Source: Acaryochloris marina S15
Lineage (GTDB): Bacteria; Cyanobacteriota; Cyanobacteriia; Thermosynechococcales; Thermosynechococcaceae
Assembly (NCBI RefSeq): GCF_018336915.1
Contig: NZ_CP064923.1
Location: forward strand, 5,430,001-5,462,000
Reading direction: 5' to 3'
DNA length: 32,000 nt
Shown: positions 1 through 8,316 of the stretch, one piece after another
Layout of the letters: every line of letters starts with the position of its first letter
Position numbering within the stretch: the stretch's first letter is position 1
Made by a program: the position numbers and the translations under genes
Notes under the pieces: model-generated
Told to the model about the DNA's origin: nothing
The model's database searches: none
What the model saw: only the letters and a program-made list of their open reading frames with translations

Positions 1-362
1 GCCCAGGTGCATGTGAGCCTCTCAATGTCTGTGCTTCAGCAGAGAATAGCTTCAGGCTATTTAAATATTCTGACTCATACTTTTTGCCTTTAAAACTAGT
101 GCAATCAATATATTGCAATTAGGAATTTGACTCATCCGAATATTTGCAAGGCTTATCAATAATGGACAGATCTTGATATGCCACGCTTTTTGCTTTGAAC
201 AGATTCTGTTGATCATCATAATGATGCAAAAAGCAGAGCAATCGTTACACCTAATCCCTACATACCTCGTAAATACAAAAGCTTTGGTATTTGTTCAAAA
301 CCTCTAAAAACAAGGGAAAGCTATGCTAAATAGCCTATTGTAGGCTCTCAGGAAAATTAGTT

Positions 363-839
363 ATGACCTTTAAATTGCTTCGAACTGTCATCTCCAACAA
401 TTTATGTTTGGGTATTTTTGCAACAGCTTTCATGCTCTTTGCAGGTTGTTCCTCAGACAGTCCATCAAAAAGTGGTGATGCGAATTCACCAGACAAGGCT
501 ATATCTGCTGCTCTTCAAGCCGCCAAAGAGAAAGAAACGATTGCTAAAAGCGCTATTGGAGCCACTAATAGAGCACAGCAAATTCATTTACTTGAAAACT
601 CAACTTTTGCAAATTCCTTCGGTGCACTGGGTCTTAGCCCAGATTTTGGAATTGATGCATTCTATGATCTGCAGATTGTGTCAGCTGATGCGGGTCGCGC
701 TTATTTAACAGCAAGTGCAAAGCAACCCAACTTCAAGAGCTTCAGTGGTGTAGTCATTAATGCCAACGGCACAACCACAGCTAAAATCTGTGCAACAAAA
801 TCTGCATCTCAAACTCCGCCGCCGATAGATTGCAAGTAA
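363..839 (+). CDS. Pilin-like (cyanobacterial type IV pilin-like G/H type) protein carrying a lipoprotein-type signal peptide
   Basis: ATG ORF of 158 aa. The hydrophobic N-terminus ends in a lipobox-like L-F-A-G-C. The mature part carries the I-G-x-x-N-R-A-Q-Q core also found in the prepilin at 8317-8784 (SAIGATNRAQQIHLLENSTFANSF vs SYIGSVNRAQQTYRLEFPVFSNTM). Confidence 0.6.
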   Translation: MTFKLLRTVISNNLCLGIFATAFMLFAGCSSDSPSKSGDANSPDKAISAALQAAKEKETIAKSAIGATNRAQQIHLLENSTFANSFGALGLSPDFGIDAFYDLQIVSADAGRAYLTASAKQPNFKSFSGVVINANGTTTAKICATKSASQTPPPIDCK

Positions 840-985
840 TATCACGTTTAATCTGGCGGAAACTTTTAAGCAGGTTATTTTGGGAATATGCTGTATCGGT
901 GCAATCTTTGAACGGTGCTGAATTATGCGGATAACATGGGCATTTTAGTGTTGCAGAGTGCTGTGGCCCTCACCGCTACAGCGAG

Positions 986-1301
986 TCACTTTGGTGTCAG
1001 TGGGTTGCGATCGCAATCTCCATACATATTCCAACTCACTCCATCCACCTGAGCCCAAATCACAACCTGGCGATTCAGTTCGGCAGCAATGCTTCAAGTG
1101 AAACGACCAGTGCAAGGTTTATCTGAATCTTTGCCCATCCGTTGGCAACCCTCCCAATAGTCTTCAACCACATTACGGAAAGAGGTTTCTAACTCATTAA
1201 CGGTTTCTCCATCAAAGGCAATCACATCCTCCCACCCGGCCAAAGAAGATTCGATCTTCAGCATCCAACTGAATAACAACTTCATACCCTCTATATTCCA
1301 T
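986..1301 (-). pseudogene. hicB: HicB-family antitoxin pseudogene (one frameshift plus one in-frame TGA)
   Basis: My minus-strand translation from the ATG at 1301 gives MEYRGYEVVIQLDAEDRIFFGRV, a canonical HicB N-terminus. The frame then breaks near 1227-1235. The listed ORF (1094-1285) continues in another frame as EDVIAFDGETVNELETSFRNVVEDYWEGCQRMGKDSDKPCTGRFT and stops at TGA (1094-1096). The same frame reads on as SIAAELNRQVVIWAQVDGVSWNMY to a stop at 986-988. This matches the usual HicB tail (G-K-F-x-L-R-I-x-x-E-L-H-R ... S-L-N-x-W). Confidence 0.55.
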
Positions 1302-1435
1302 CAGTTATTCCCGCTCTGAAAAAAAAATATTACAGATGTAACCCACCTCACCATTCTTTTACGAGTAAAAGAGTATCCTACCCATAGGTGAGGCCGTTTG
1401 CTGGAGAAATCGACTGATGAGAAAGCAATACCACC

Positions 1436-2062
1436 ATGAATCCTTTTTATCCAGGCTATTACACGGAAAATGAGCTAAGAGACTTTGGTTTCAAATCCGT
1501 TGGCCAGAACGTTCAAATAGCCAAGAACTGTACCATTGTTGGCCTTGAAAATATCGCGATCGGTGACAACGTTCGCATTGATGCCTATTGTTCCATTTTT
1601 GCCCATAAGGAAGGCTGGGTCACATTAGGCTCCTTTATCCATATTGGCGGCTATTGTCTCCTATCTGCTGGAGACGGCATCCGGATGGATGATTTTAGCG
1701 GTCTCTCTCAAGGGGTCCATCTCTACAGCAGAACCGATGACTACACGGGCAAATTCTTAACTAATCCCACCGTACCCAAGAAATACACTGGCATCGTCGG
1801 GGGAACGATTACCCTGGGCCGCCATGCCATCATTGGCTCCAGCTCCGTTATTCTGCCCAAAGTTGCTATTGGCGATGGCACCGCCGTGGGGGCACTATCC
1901 TTAGTTACAAAAAGCTTAGACCCTTGGGGCGTATATTTCGGCAGTCCAGTCAAAAAGCTGAAAAACAGATCTAAACGGCTGCTGAAATTGGAAGCAGAGT
2001 TAATGGCGGAATTGGAAAGGCCCGCCGACAGCCTACCCATCTCTCTATCTGCCATTGGATAA
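1436..2062 (+). CDS. Left-handed beta-helix (hexapeptide-repeat) acyl/acetyltransferase
   Basis: 208-aa ORF with repeated [LIV]-G-x-x-x-x hexapeptides (IAIGDNVRIDAYCSI, ITLGRHAIIGSSSVILPKVAIGDGTAVGALSLV). These are typical of O-acetyltransferase LbH proteins. Confidence 0.8.
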   Translation: MNPFYPGYYTENELRDFGFKSVGQNVQIAKNCTIVGLENIAIGDNVRIDAYCSIFAHKEGWVTLGSFIHIGGYCLLSAGDGIRMDDFSGLSQGVHLYSRTDDYTGKFLTNPTVPKKYTGIVGGTITLGRHAIIGSSSVILPKVAIGDGTAVGALSLVTKSLDPWGVYFGSPVKKLKNRSKRLLKLEAELMAELERPADSLPISLSAIG

Positions 2063-2911
2063 AGGATGCAGGTGGAGAAACTCAAGTACAGCTGAGTTAA
2101 AACGCTCCGCTTCGACTAAAAACGGCCAATGGTTGCCAGGCAACCGTTCGACTTGAAGCTGATTGAGATAGGTCTGGTAGGTTTTTAAATTGCTGGCACG
2201 GCGATTAATCCCTTGCTCGGGCTGAACTAACAGAGTCGGAATATCGATTGGCGCGGTTAAACCGGGGATAGCAACGGATTCCTGAAAGATTTCATTGCGG
2301 GCAGGCACCGTAAACTTACTCCCCCAACTACCATCCGCTTTTTGTTCAATCCCCTCAGCAAAGATCTTTTGCTGAAGAGGACTCCAGCCTTGAAACTGAT
2401 TGAGGGTGAGAGCTTTCGCCTCTGCCACTTCGTAACTAGAGAACGGCCCCATCCCTTGCAAAAAGGGCAATACCTTATAGAGCAACGGAAATGTAAAGTT
2501 CACAAAGCCAGGCATTTTGTTGATGAAAAAGGGATCAACCAACACCATGCTGGATAATCGTTGGGGGGCAGCAGTGGCCCAAATGGGTAGCAGCTTAGCA
2601 GCCCAAGAATGGGCAATCCCATGGACCTGGGACCAACCCAAGTGATCTAAGAGGGCTTCTAGATCACCCATTAACTCAGTAAACGTATACCCCTGAGTCG
2701 GTTTATCACTCTCCCCATGTCCCCGCATATCTAGGGCCACCAGATGATAGCGATCTCCTAATGCCACTGCCAAATCAGACCAGACCCAGGCATGATCACC
2801 CAACCCATGCAAGAGCAACACAGGCTCAGGGCCTGTAAACCATTCCAAGTAGGAAAGTTGAATATGGGGGAGGGTTAGGGTTTTCCGAATAGGTTCCATA
2901 GGCTCAATCAT
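2045..2911 (-). CDS. Alpha/beta-fold hydrolase
   Basis: The ORF runs 2045-2944 from a TTG. The first ATG gives MIEPMEP at 2911. Motifs: LLLHGLGDHAWVWSDL...LDMRGHGESD, a nucleophile-elbow-like GIAHSWAA, and a C-terminal GNHWPFLE. It overlaps the convergent acyltransferase gene by 18 nt. Confidence 0.8.
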   Translation of the reverse strand: MIEPMEPIRKTLTLPHIQLSYLEWFTGPEPVLLLHGLGDHAWVWSDLAVALGDRYHLVALDMRGHGESDKPTQGYTFTELMGDLEALLDHLGWSQVHGIAHSWAAKLLPIWATAAPQRLSSMVLVDPFFINKMPGFVNFTFPLLYKVLPFLQGMGPFSSYEVAEAKALTLNQFQGWSPLQQKIFAEGIEQKADGSWGSKFTVPARNEIFQESVAIPGLTAPIDIPTLLVQPEQGINRRASNLKTYQTYLNQLQVERLPGNHWPFLVEAERFNSAVLEFLHLHPLSNGR

Positions 2912-3001
2912 CCCTAAGAATGGGGGGCTTTGTCTATTGGCCAAAGACGGCGAACCCCCTACGCTACACTAAAAAGCATAGGTCAGAATATCTAGGAGCC
3001 A

Positions 3002-3919
3002 ATGGCAGACTCTGCAAAGATCATGCGCCATAGCCAATTGTTGAACCGATTGGTGATTGACCGCGACACCACAGAAGAATTGGGTCGGATCGATGTGGTC
3101 TGGATGCATCCCCCCGCCCATCGAGTCATGGGGTTTATCTGTAAACCTGGCTTTATGACCAAGCAGCGCTATGCCTTTAACCTCAAGCAGCTTTATCGGA
3201 TTGGCCCTGAGAGTATTTTGGTCTCTGCCGGTGCCGCTGAAACCAATGCCAAAGAAGTTGCCTTACTAGAGACTCTGATTGGCCTAGAGCTATGGACCGA
3301 TGCCGGAGAACGGTTAGGCCGGATTATCGATTGCCTCTTTGATCAGAAAACGGGCAATATCACCCACTATTTGTTCAAGTCAGCGGGCTGGCGAGGCTTT
3401 ACCAGTGGGGTCTACCAACTGCCACCTCGATCCGTAATGAGCTTTGGCCGTAAAAAAGTGCTAGTCACGGCTAAGGTCAGTGAAAACCTCAAAGTATTTC
3501 AAGAGGGACTAGAAGATCGACTGGTACAGGTAAGCGATCGCATCAAGTCTGGCTATACCCAAGAATTCGATTCCCTCACGTCTCGGGCCCAAAAGCTAAC
3601 CAAACAAGCCGAAGAACGACTGCAAAAGCTGGCTGAACAGGCCAATGAACAGGTAGAAGCCTTTAACCAAGAAACAGATGAAGACGAAGAAGACTTCAGC
3701 CAGCAGCTCCAGGAAAAATCGCAAAAGCTGATGCAGCAAGCCAAACAAAAAGGTCGAGCCCTATGGGAACGAGTGGAAGATGGTGCCTTTAACCTCACGG
3801 AAGAACTAGCCAGCCCGAATGAATCCCGTCCTCGCCCCAAGGTAGAGCCGGTTACCCAGGAAGAGGTGATTAAAAATATTCCCATTGAGGATTTAGAGGA
3901 TGACGAACCTTGGATCTGA
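3002..3919 (+). CDS. PRC-barrel domain protein with a long acidic coiled-coil tail
   Basis: AGGAG lies 5 nt upstream of the ATG. The N-terminal 150 aa resemble cyanobacterial PRC-barrel proteins (HSQLLNRLVIDRDTTEELGRIDVVWMHPPAHRVMGFI; a second half-barrel at LIGLELWTDAGERLGRIIDCLFDQKTGNITHYLF). The C-terminal 120 aa are Q/E/K-rich and end in EDLEDDEPWI. Confidence 0.65.
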   Translation: MADSAKIMRHSQLLNRLVIDRDTTEELGRIDVVWMHPPAHRVMGFICKPGFMTKQRYAFNLKQLYRIGPESILVSAGAAETNAKEVALLETLIGLELWTDAGERLGRIIDCLFDQKTGNITHYLFKSAGWRGFTSGVYQLPPRSVMSFGRKKVLVTAKVSENLKVFQEGLEDRLVQVSDRIKSGYTQEFDSLTSRAQKLTKQAEERLQKLAEQANEQVEAFNQETDEDEEDFSQQLQEKSQKLMQQAKQKGRALWERVEDGAFNLTEELASPNESRPRPKVEPVTQEEVIKNIPIEDLEDDEPWI

Positions 3920-4613
3920 CGCCAGCGCCCTGCTAACGCGGGTGCCGGAACCAGAATTAATGGATGATGATGATCAGGCTCGTGCCTATGCAGAAGCTGA
4001 TTTTGCAGAACCCCACAATCATTTTGTTCAGCTTCTCCAAGAGACCTTTCCTCAGTTACCCCAATCAGGAAACGCTCTTGACTTAGGCTGCGGTCCTGGG
4101 GATATTACTCTGCGCTTTGCCCACGCGTTTCCAGCCTGGTCAGTGGAAGGATGGGATGCATCGGAGGCCATGCTGAACTATGGCTATCAGGCTGTAGCAG
4201 CAGCCGCACTCCAAGACCGCATCACCCTCAAAAAAGTATATGTACCTCAAAGTGATACGGTCAGCGATACCAAACGTGATACGGTATCGTTTCCCTTAAT
4301 TTTTTCGAATAGTTTGCTCCATCATTTGGCCGATCCGATGGCTCTTTGGACAGAGGTAAAACAGCAATCGGGGGCAGGGACGGCGGTCTTTATTATGGAT
4401 TTGATGCGACCCACAAAGCGAGAGACAGCAAGGAATTTCGTCGATCTCTATGTGCAAGATGAACCAGAAGTCCTACGGAAAGATTTCTTTAATTCGTTGT
4501 TGGCAGCTTATCGAGTGGATGAGGTGAAAGCTCAATTAGTACAAGCTGGGTTAGGTGGTTTGCAGGTGCGTGCGGTTAGCGATCGCCATCTCATTATCTG
4601 GGGCCAACTTTAG
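3900..4613 (+). CDS. Class I SAM-dependent methyltransferase
   Basis: SAM-binding motif I (ALDLGCGPGDITLRFA), the N-terminal VPEPELMDDDDQARAYAEADF element and the post-I/II pattern (IFSNSLLHHL). The start overlaps the upstream gene by 20 nt. Confidence 0.75.
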   Translation: MTNLGSDASALLTRVPEPELMDDDDQARAYAEADFAEPHNHFVQLLQETFPQLPQSGNALDLGCGPGDITLRFAHAFPAWSVEGWDASEAMLNYGYQAVAAAALQDRITLKKVYVPQSDTVSDTKRDTVSFPLIFSNSLLHHLADPMALWTEVKQQSGAGTAVFIMDLMRPTKRETARNFVDLYVQDEPEVLRKDFFNSLLAAYRVDEVKAQLVQAGLGGLQVRAVSDRHLIIWGQL

Positions 4614-4755
4614 TATCGCGACCTGAAGTTTAAATTCACATATTCATTGTTTCCAAACCAAAAACTACTGATTTCTCATTAAGGCGTGGAAAACTGATAG
4701 AGATTTTTGCACCTTCAACTTGGGTATGGGTTCTTCTCCCAAGTCCATTACCCAG

Positions 4756-4983
4756 TTACCTGACAAAGACCAGGGCATAAAGCGAGAAGATAGCCGAACC
4801 ACCATAAAACGCCATTGCAATCCAGTAACAGATCGGCTCTTGGCTACGGTGTTTTTTATGGGCCCACTTACCAAACTCTAACGTGCGTCGCCCCCCTCGC
4901 ACCCAAACCGAGCCAGAGGTCAATCCATCCCACAGCAGATAGCCAGTCGAGAGCAACAAAACGGCAAATAGAATTTTCTCCAC
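4756..4983 (-). CDS. Small two-TM membrane protein (hypothetical)
   Basis: 75-aa ORF with two hydrophobic segments (ILFAVLLLSTGYLLW and YWIAMAFYGGSAIFSLYALVF) separated by a basic loop. I recognise no family. It starts only about 20 nt after the hupE terminator, so its expression is uncertain. Confidence 0.35.
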   Translation of the reverse strand: MEKILFAVLLLSTGYLLWDGLTSGSVWVRGGRRTLEFGKWAHKKHRSQEPICYWIAMAFYGGSAIFSLYALVFVR

Positions 4984-5000
4984 AGTTACCTCATGCCTCT

Positions 5001-5039
5001 AAACAACAAAGAATGCCGTTATCAAACGAAACGGCATTC
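5001..5039 (-). terminator. Rho-independent terminator of hupE
   Basis: A 10-bp perfect stem (plus-strand gaatgccgtt 5011-5020 with aacggcattc 5030-5039) and a 9-nt loop. On the minus strand it is followed by tttgttgttt. It lies 70 nt after the hupE stop. Confidence 0.6.
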
Positions 5040-5109
5040 ATATATTGCCCAATCAACCCTAAAAACAGGTGGGGCACTTATTCAGTTGTCAGGTATCAAA
5101 CACCCGCTG

Positions 5110-5748
5110 TTAAGCAACGCAAAGATAGACACCCAAGCTGGTCACAAAGCCACCCATAAAGAGTTGAGCTAGGCGAGCATGGCGTTGAAACAACTGCTGG
5201 CAAAATAATCCAAGCCCAACACCACTCAAATGCAGCAACGCTGTAGCCACTACAAAGCCCAATCCATAGGATAGGCCAGAAGCCGAGGCTGGCATTTCTG
5301 CACCATGAGCAAAACCATGAAGCAGGGCAAATGAAGCAACAATCGCAGCACTCTGACCCATGGGAAGACGGATGGCAGCTGTAATCAAGACCCCTAACAT
5401 CAGCACAGAAGAAGCAATGCCTTGCTCAACAAACGGAACGGCTATCCCCGTCGTGCCAATAAAGCCACCTAAGATCATGACCGACACGAAGGTTAACGGT
5501 ACGGCCCATAATGCCCGACGTTCCATCTGAGTTGCCCAAAGGCCTACCGCTACCATTGCAGCGAGGTGATCTAATCCACCTATTGGATGGGTAAATCCAT
5601 GCATAAAACCGATGCCATGGCTGCCATCGAAATGGGCTTGGGCACTCACAGGCATCAGCACAATGGCTAGCAATAGTGCTGGTAGTAGAAGTTGCGATAA
5701 TCGAATGCTTGTACTCGTCCATCGCAGCGAACGAATCATCTTATTCAC
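5110..5748 (-). CDS. hupE: HupE/UreJ family metal (Ni/Co) transporter
   Basis: Signal peptide ending in VSAQA-HFDG, followed by HGFTHPIGGLDHLAAMVAVGLWA and a C-terminal LHGFAHGAEM, which are the HupE/UreJ signature motifs. GTG start at 5748 with GAGGT 7 nt upstream. An alternative ATG lies at 5739. Confidence 0.85.
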   Translation of the reverse strand: MNKMIRSLRWTSTSIRLSQLLLPALLLAIVLMPVSAQAHFDGSHGIGFMHGFTHPIGGLDHLAAMVAVGLWATQMERRALWAVPLTFVSVMILGGFIGTTGIAVPFVEQGIASSVLMLGVLITAAIRLPMGQSAAIVASFALLHGFAHGAEMPASASGLSYGLGFVVATALLHLSGVGLGLFCQQLFQRHARLAQLFMGGFVTSLGVYLCVA

Positions 5749-5787
5749 AATCTGTACCTCGCAGATATGTATGTTGTAGAGAAGAAT

Positions 5788-5980
5788 GCAATCAAGGGTA
5801 TTCTGGCTTGTTGTTTAGCAGTATTCTTGCGTAGGACCGCTTGCCAATTCAGATAGGCAAACACCGTATTGCATCGATACATGAACAACTTACAGTTGCG
5901 GGACAGCGACGGGCTTACACCGAACTTTCCCCAGTTGTTTGACAGGTTTATTACAGCCCTGCCAACAACCTGATTGGCCG
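5788..5980 (-). promoter_or_regulatory. Cobalamin (B12) riboswitch in the hupE leader
   Basis: The minus strand reads ...CAAUCAGGUUGUUGGCAGGGCUGUAAUAAACCUGUCAAACAACUGGGGAAAGUUCGGUGUAAGCCCGUCGCUGUCCCGCAACUGUAAGUUGUU...CAAGCCAGAAUACCCUUGAUUG. This contains the conserved GGGAA / GGUG-AA-CC / GCUGxCCCGCAACUGUAA core. It also has a B12-box-like AGCCAGAAUACC. A possible P1 pairs CAAUCAGG with CCUUGAUUG. It ends about 40 nt before the hupE start. Confidence 0.8.
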
Positions 5981-6106
5981 CAAACAGCCCTCCAAATCAT
6001 TGATTGTGAGGTGAGTATATCACTATTACAAAACCCTGTAGCTAAGGATTCATAAAGAATATGTGCGATAGATTTGGAACGTATTCGAAGCTGTAAAGAA
6101 ACTGCC

Positions 6107-7834
6107 ATGTTAGAGCATGATGTTGTAATCGTTGGGGGTGGTTTGGCAGGGTGCCGTGCTGCCCTAGAAATTGCTCGAAAGGCACCCGACCTTAATCTGG
6201 CAATGATTGCCAAGACCCATCCCATTCGGTCCCATTCTGTTGCTGCCCAGGGAGGCATTGCCGCCACCCTCAAGAATGTAGATGACCAAGACAGTTGGGA
6301 AGCCCATGCCTTCGATACCGTCAAAGGCTCCGATTATCTAGCCGATCAGGACGCCGTCGCCCTCCTTACCCAAGAAGCCCCAGACGTCGTGATTGACCTA
6401 GAACATCTAGGGGTGTTGTTTTCTCGTCTGGAAGATGGTCGAATCGCCCAGCGGGCTTTTGGCGGCCATACCCACAACCGCACCTGCTACGCCGCTGACA
6501 AAACCGGCCATGCCATTCTCCACGAGCTGTACAACAATATTCGCCGCTACGGCATCACCATCTACGACGAATGGTACGTGATGAAGCTGATCCTAGAAGA
6601 CAACCGGGCCAAGGGTGTGGTTATGTATCACCTTTTGGATGGTGAGTTACAGGTTCTACGGGCCAAGGCCGTGATGTTTGCCACGGGTGGCTATGGTCGA
6701 GTCTTCAACACCACCTCGAATGACTTTGCCTCTACAGGGGATGGTCTATCCATGACAGCACTAGCTGGCTTGCCCTTAGAAGATATGGAATTTGTCCAGT
6801 TCCATCCCACCGGCTTATATCCTGCTGGCGTTTTGATTTCAGAAGCCGTCCGGGGAGAAGGGGCTTATCTCATTAATAGTGAAGGGGATCGGTTTATGGC
6901 CACCTATGCCCCCAACAAAATGGAGCTAGCCCCTCGCGATATTACGTCTAGAGCCATCACCACAGAAATTCGCCAAGGCCGTGGTCTACATCTCGATGGT
7001 AGTGCAGGGGGACCATTTGTTTACTTGGATTTGCGTCATATGGGGCGGGAAAAAATCATGAGCCGTGTCCCCTTTTGCTGGGAAGAATCCCACCGCCTAG
7101 CAGGGGTCGATGCAGTCACCGAGCCAATCCCAGTGCGACCCACCGCCCACTATTCCATGGGGGGTATTCCGGTCAATACCGATGGACGGGTGCGCAATAG
7201 TGCCGATGGCTTGGTGGATAATTTCTTTGCTGCTGGGGAATGTGCCTGTGTCTCGGTCCATGGCGCTAATCGTTTAGGCAGTAATTCTTTACTGGAATGT
7301 GTGGTGTATGGTCGGCGAACTGGCAGTGCGATCGCAACCTACATTCAAGATCAATCCCTCCCTCATATAGATGAACAACAATATCTCCAAGAAGCCCAAC
7401 AGCAGATCAAAGCATTGCTCGCTCAATCCGGTGACATCCGCATTAACGATATTCGCCAACAAGTCCAAGATTGCTTGAGTCAACATTGCGGTGTATTTCG
7501 CACCGCCGACATTATCCAAGAAGGCTTAGAACAACTCCAAACCTATAAACAGCAGTATCCAAACATTCGCCTCGATGATAAAGACAATCTTTGGAATACC
7601 GAAATTATCGAAGCCCTGGAGTTACGTAACTTAATGGTCGTAGGTGAAGTGATCATGACCGGTGCCCTGCAACGCCAAGAAAGCCGTGGTGCTCATTCTC
7701 GTGAAGATTTTCCCACTCGCAATGACGATCAATTTCTGCAACATACCTTAGCCTATTTTTCCACAGCCGGAATCGAGCTGAAATATATGCCCGTCAATTT
7801 AAACCAATTTGAGCCTCAAGAGAGAAAATACTGA
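6107..7834 (+). CDS. sdhA: Succinate dehydrogenase / fumarate reductase flavoprotein subunit
   Basis: FAD dinucleotide fold (HDVVIVGGGLAGCRAALE), the covalent-FAD His region (RSHSVAAQGGIAA), and the active-site motifs HPTG and RGEGA...APRD. The C-terminal helical domain carries ESRGAHSREDFP. The ORF opens at TTG 6074. I prefer ATG 6107 (MLEHDVV). Confidence 0.9.
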   Translation: MLEHDVVIVGGGLAGCRAALEIARKAPDLNLAMIAKTHPIRSHSVAAQGGIAATLKNVDDQDSWEAHAFDTVKGSDYLADQDAVALLTQEAPDVVIDLEHLGVLFSRLEDGRIAQRAFGGHTHNRTCYAADKTGHAILHELYNNIRRYGITIYDEWYVMKLILEDNRAKGVVMYHLLDGELQVLRAKAVMFATGGYGRVFNTTSNDFASTGDGLSMTALAGLPLEDMEFVQFHPTGLYPAGVLISEAVRGEGAYLINSEGDRFMATYAPNKMELAPRDITSRAITTEIRQGRGLHLDGSAGGPFVYLDLRHMGREKIMSRVPFCWEESHRLAGVDAVTEPIPVRPTAHYSMGGIPVNTDGRVRNSADGLVDNFFAAGECACVSVHGANRLGSNSLLECVVYGRRTGSAIATYIQDQSLPHIDEQQYLQEAQQQIKALLAQSGDIRINDIRQQVQDCLSQHCGVFRTADIIQEGLEQLQTYKQQYPNIRLDDKDNLWNTEIIEALELRNLMVVGEVIMTGALQRQESRGAHSREDFPTRNDDQFLQHTLAYFSTAGIELKYMPVNLNQFEPQERKY

Positions 7835-8174
7835 TTTCTATCGACAAAAGTTTCTTTTTATAAGCTTTATTGTCATCAATAATCATTTTTACTTGCAAAT
7901 ACTTCTTTTTAAGATACTGACCTTTCACCTCATCTCTCTAGTTGTTGGCAGCAAAAAAATGGGTCACAAATTGTTGTGCTTTTGTCCGTGAATATACGGA
8001 CAGTTCACCCCAATCTCAATGTTAGGTTGACCATAGCAACACTATTTTTAGAGGGTTTGAAGCTTGCGTTATCTCTTTGCTCGTCACCCAACGTAGTTAA
8101 ATCGTTTTCCAGATTGTTAACAACTAACATTGAATTCATGTTGTTACCGATAGCTGTTAGCAACTGTTTTTTAT

Positions 8175-8220
8175 CCCCATGAAGTTTGTTGTTTGCAAAC
8201 TATATGGGGCTTAGTTTTTT
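8175..8220 (+). terminator. Terminator-like compound hairpin plus T-run in the sdhA-pilin intergenic region
   Basis: Outer stem ccccat (8175-8180) with atgggg (8204-8209). Inner stem agtttg (8183-8188) with caaact (8196-8201). It is followed by cttagtttttt (T6 at 8215-8220). The U-tract is offset 5 nt from the stem, so confidence is modest. Confidence 0.35.
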
Positions 8221-8316
8221 GGCAACTTATTCTTTACTCAAAGCTTTGCTCTACCCATTTCTTGGACTATATTGCCCAGCATTGAGTTGCTTCTGATCAT
8301 CACTTCTACAAGCACC

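Noticed and set aside
1-122. Open frames running in from the left edge (for example ...FRLFKYSDSYFLPLKLVQSIYCN*)
   Set aside because: They are only 30-40 codons long with no recognisable motif. I cannot tell a gene 3' end from chance.
1302-1435. Possible hicA remnant upstream of the hicB pseudogene
   Set aside because: Short stretches in three different frames vaguely resemble HicA segments. No frame is open for more than about 35 codons, and I cannot align a G-S-H core. The evidence is too weak to call.
5890-6324. 144-aa minus-strand ORF
   Set aside because: Its 3' half is the cobalamin riboswitch RNA. Its 5' half is antisense to the well-supported sdhA start region. No protein motif is present.
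7809-8182. ORFs 7809-7991 and 7976-8182 (+)
   Set aside because: They lie in AT-rich intergenic sequence and their translations are low-complexity and Leu/Phe/Ile-rich. There is no RBS or motif. The first overlaps the sdhA 3' end.
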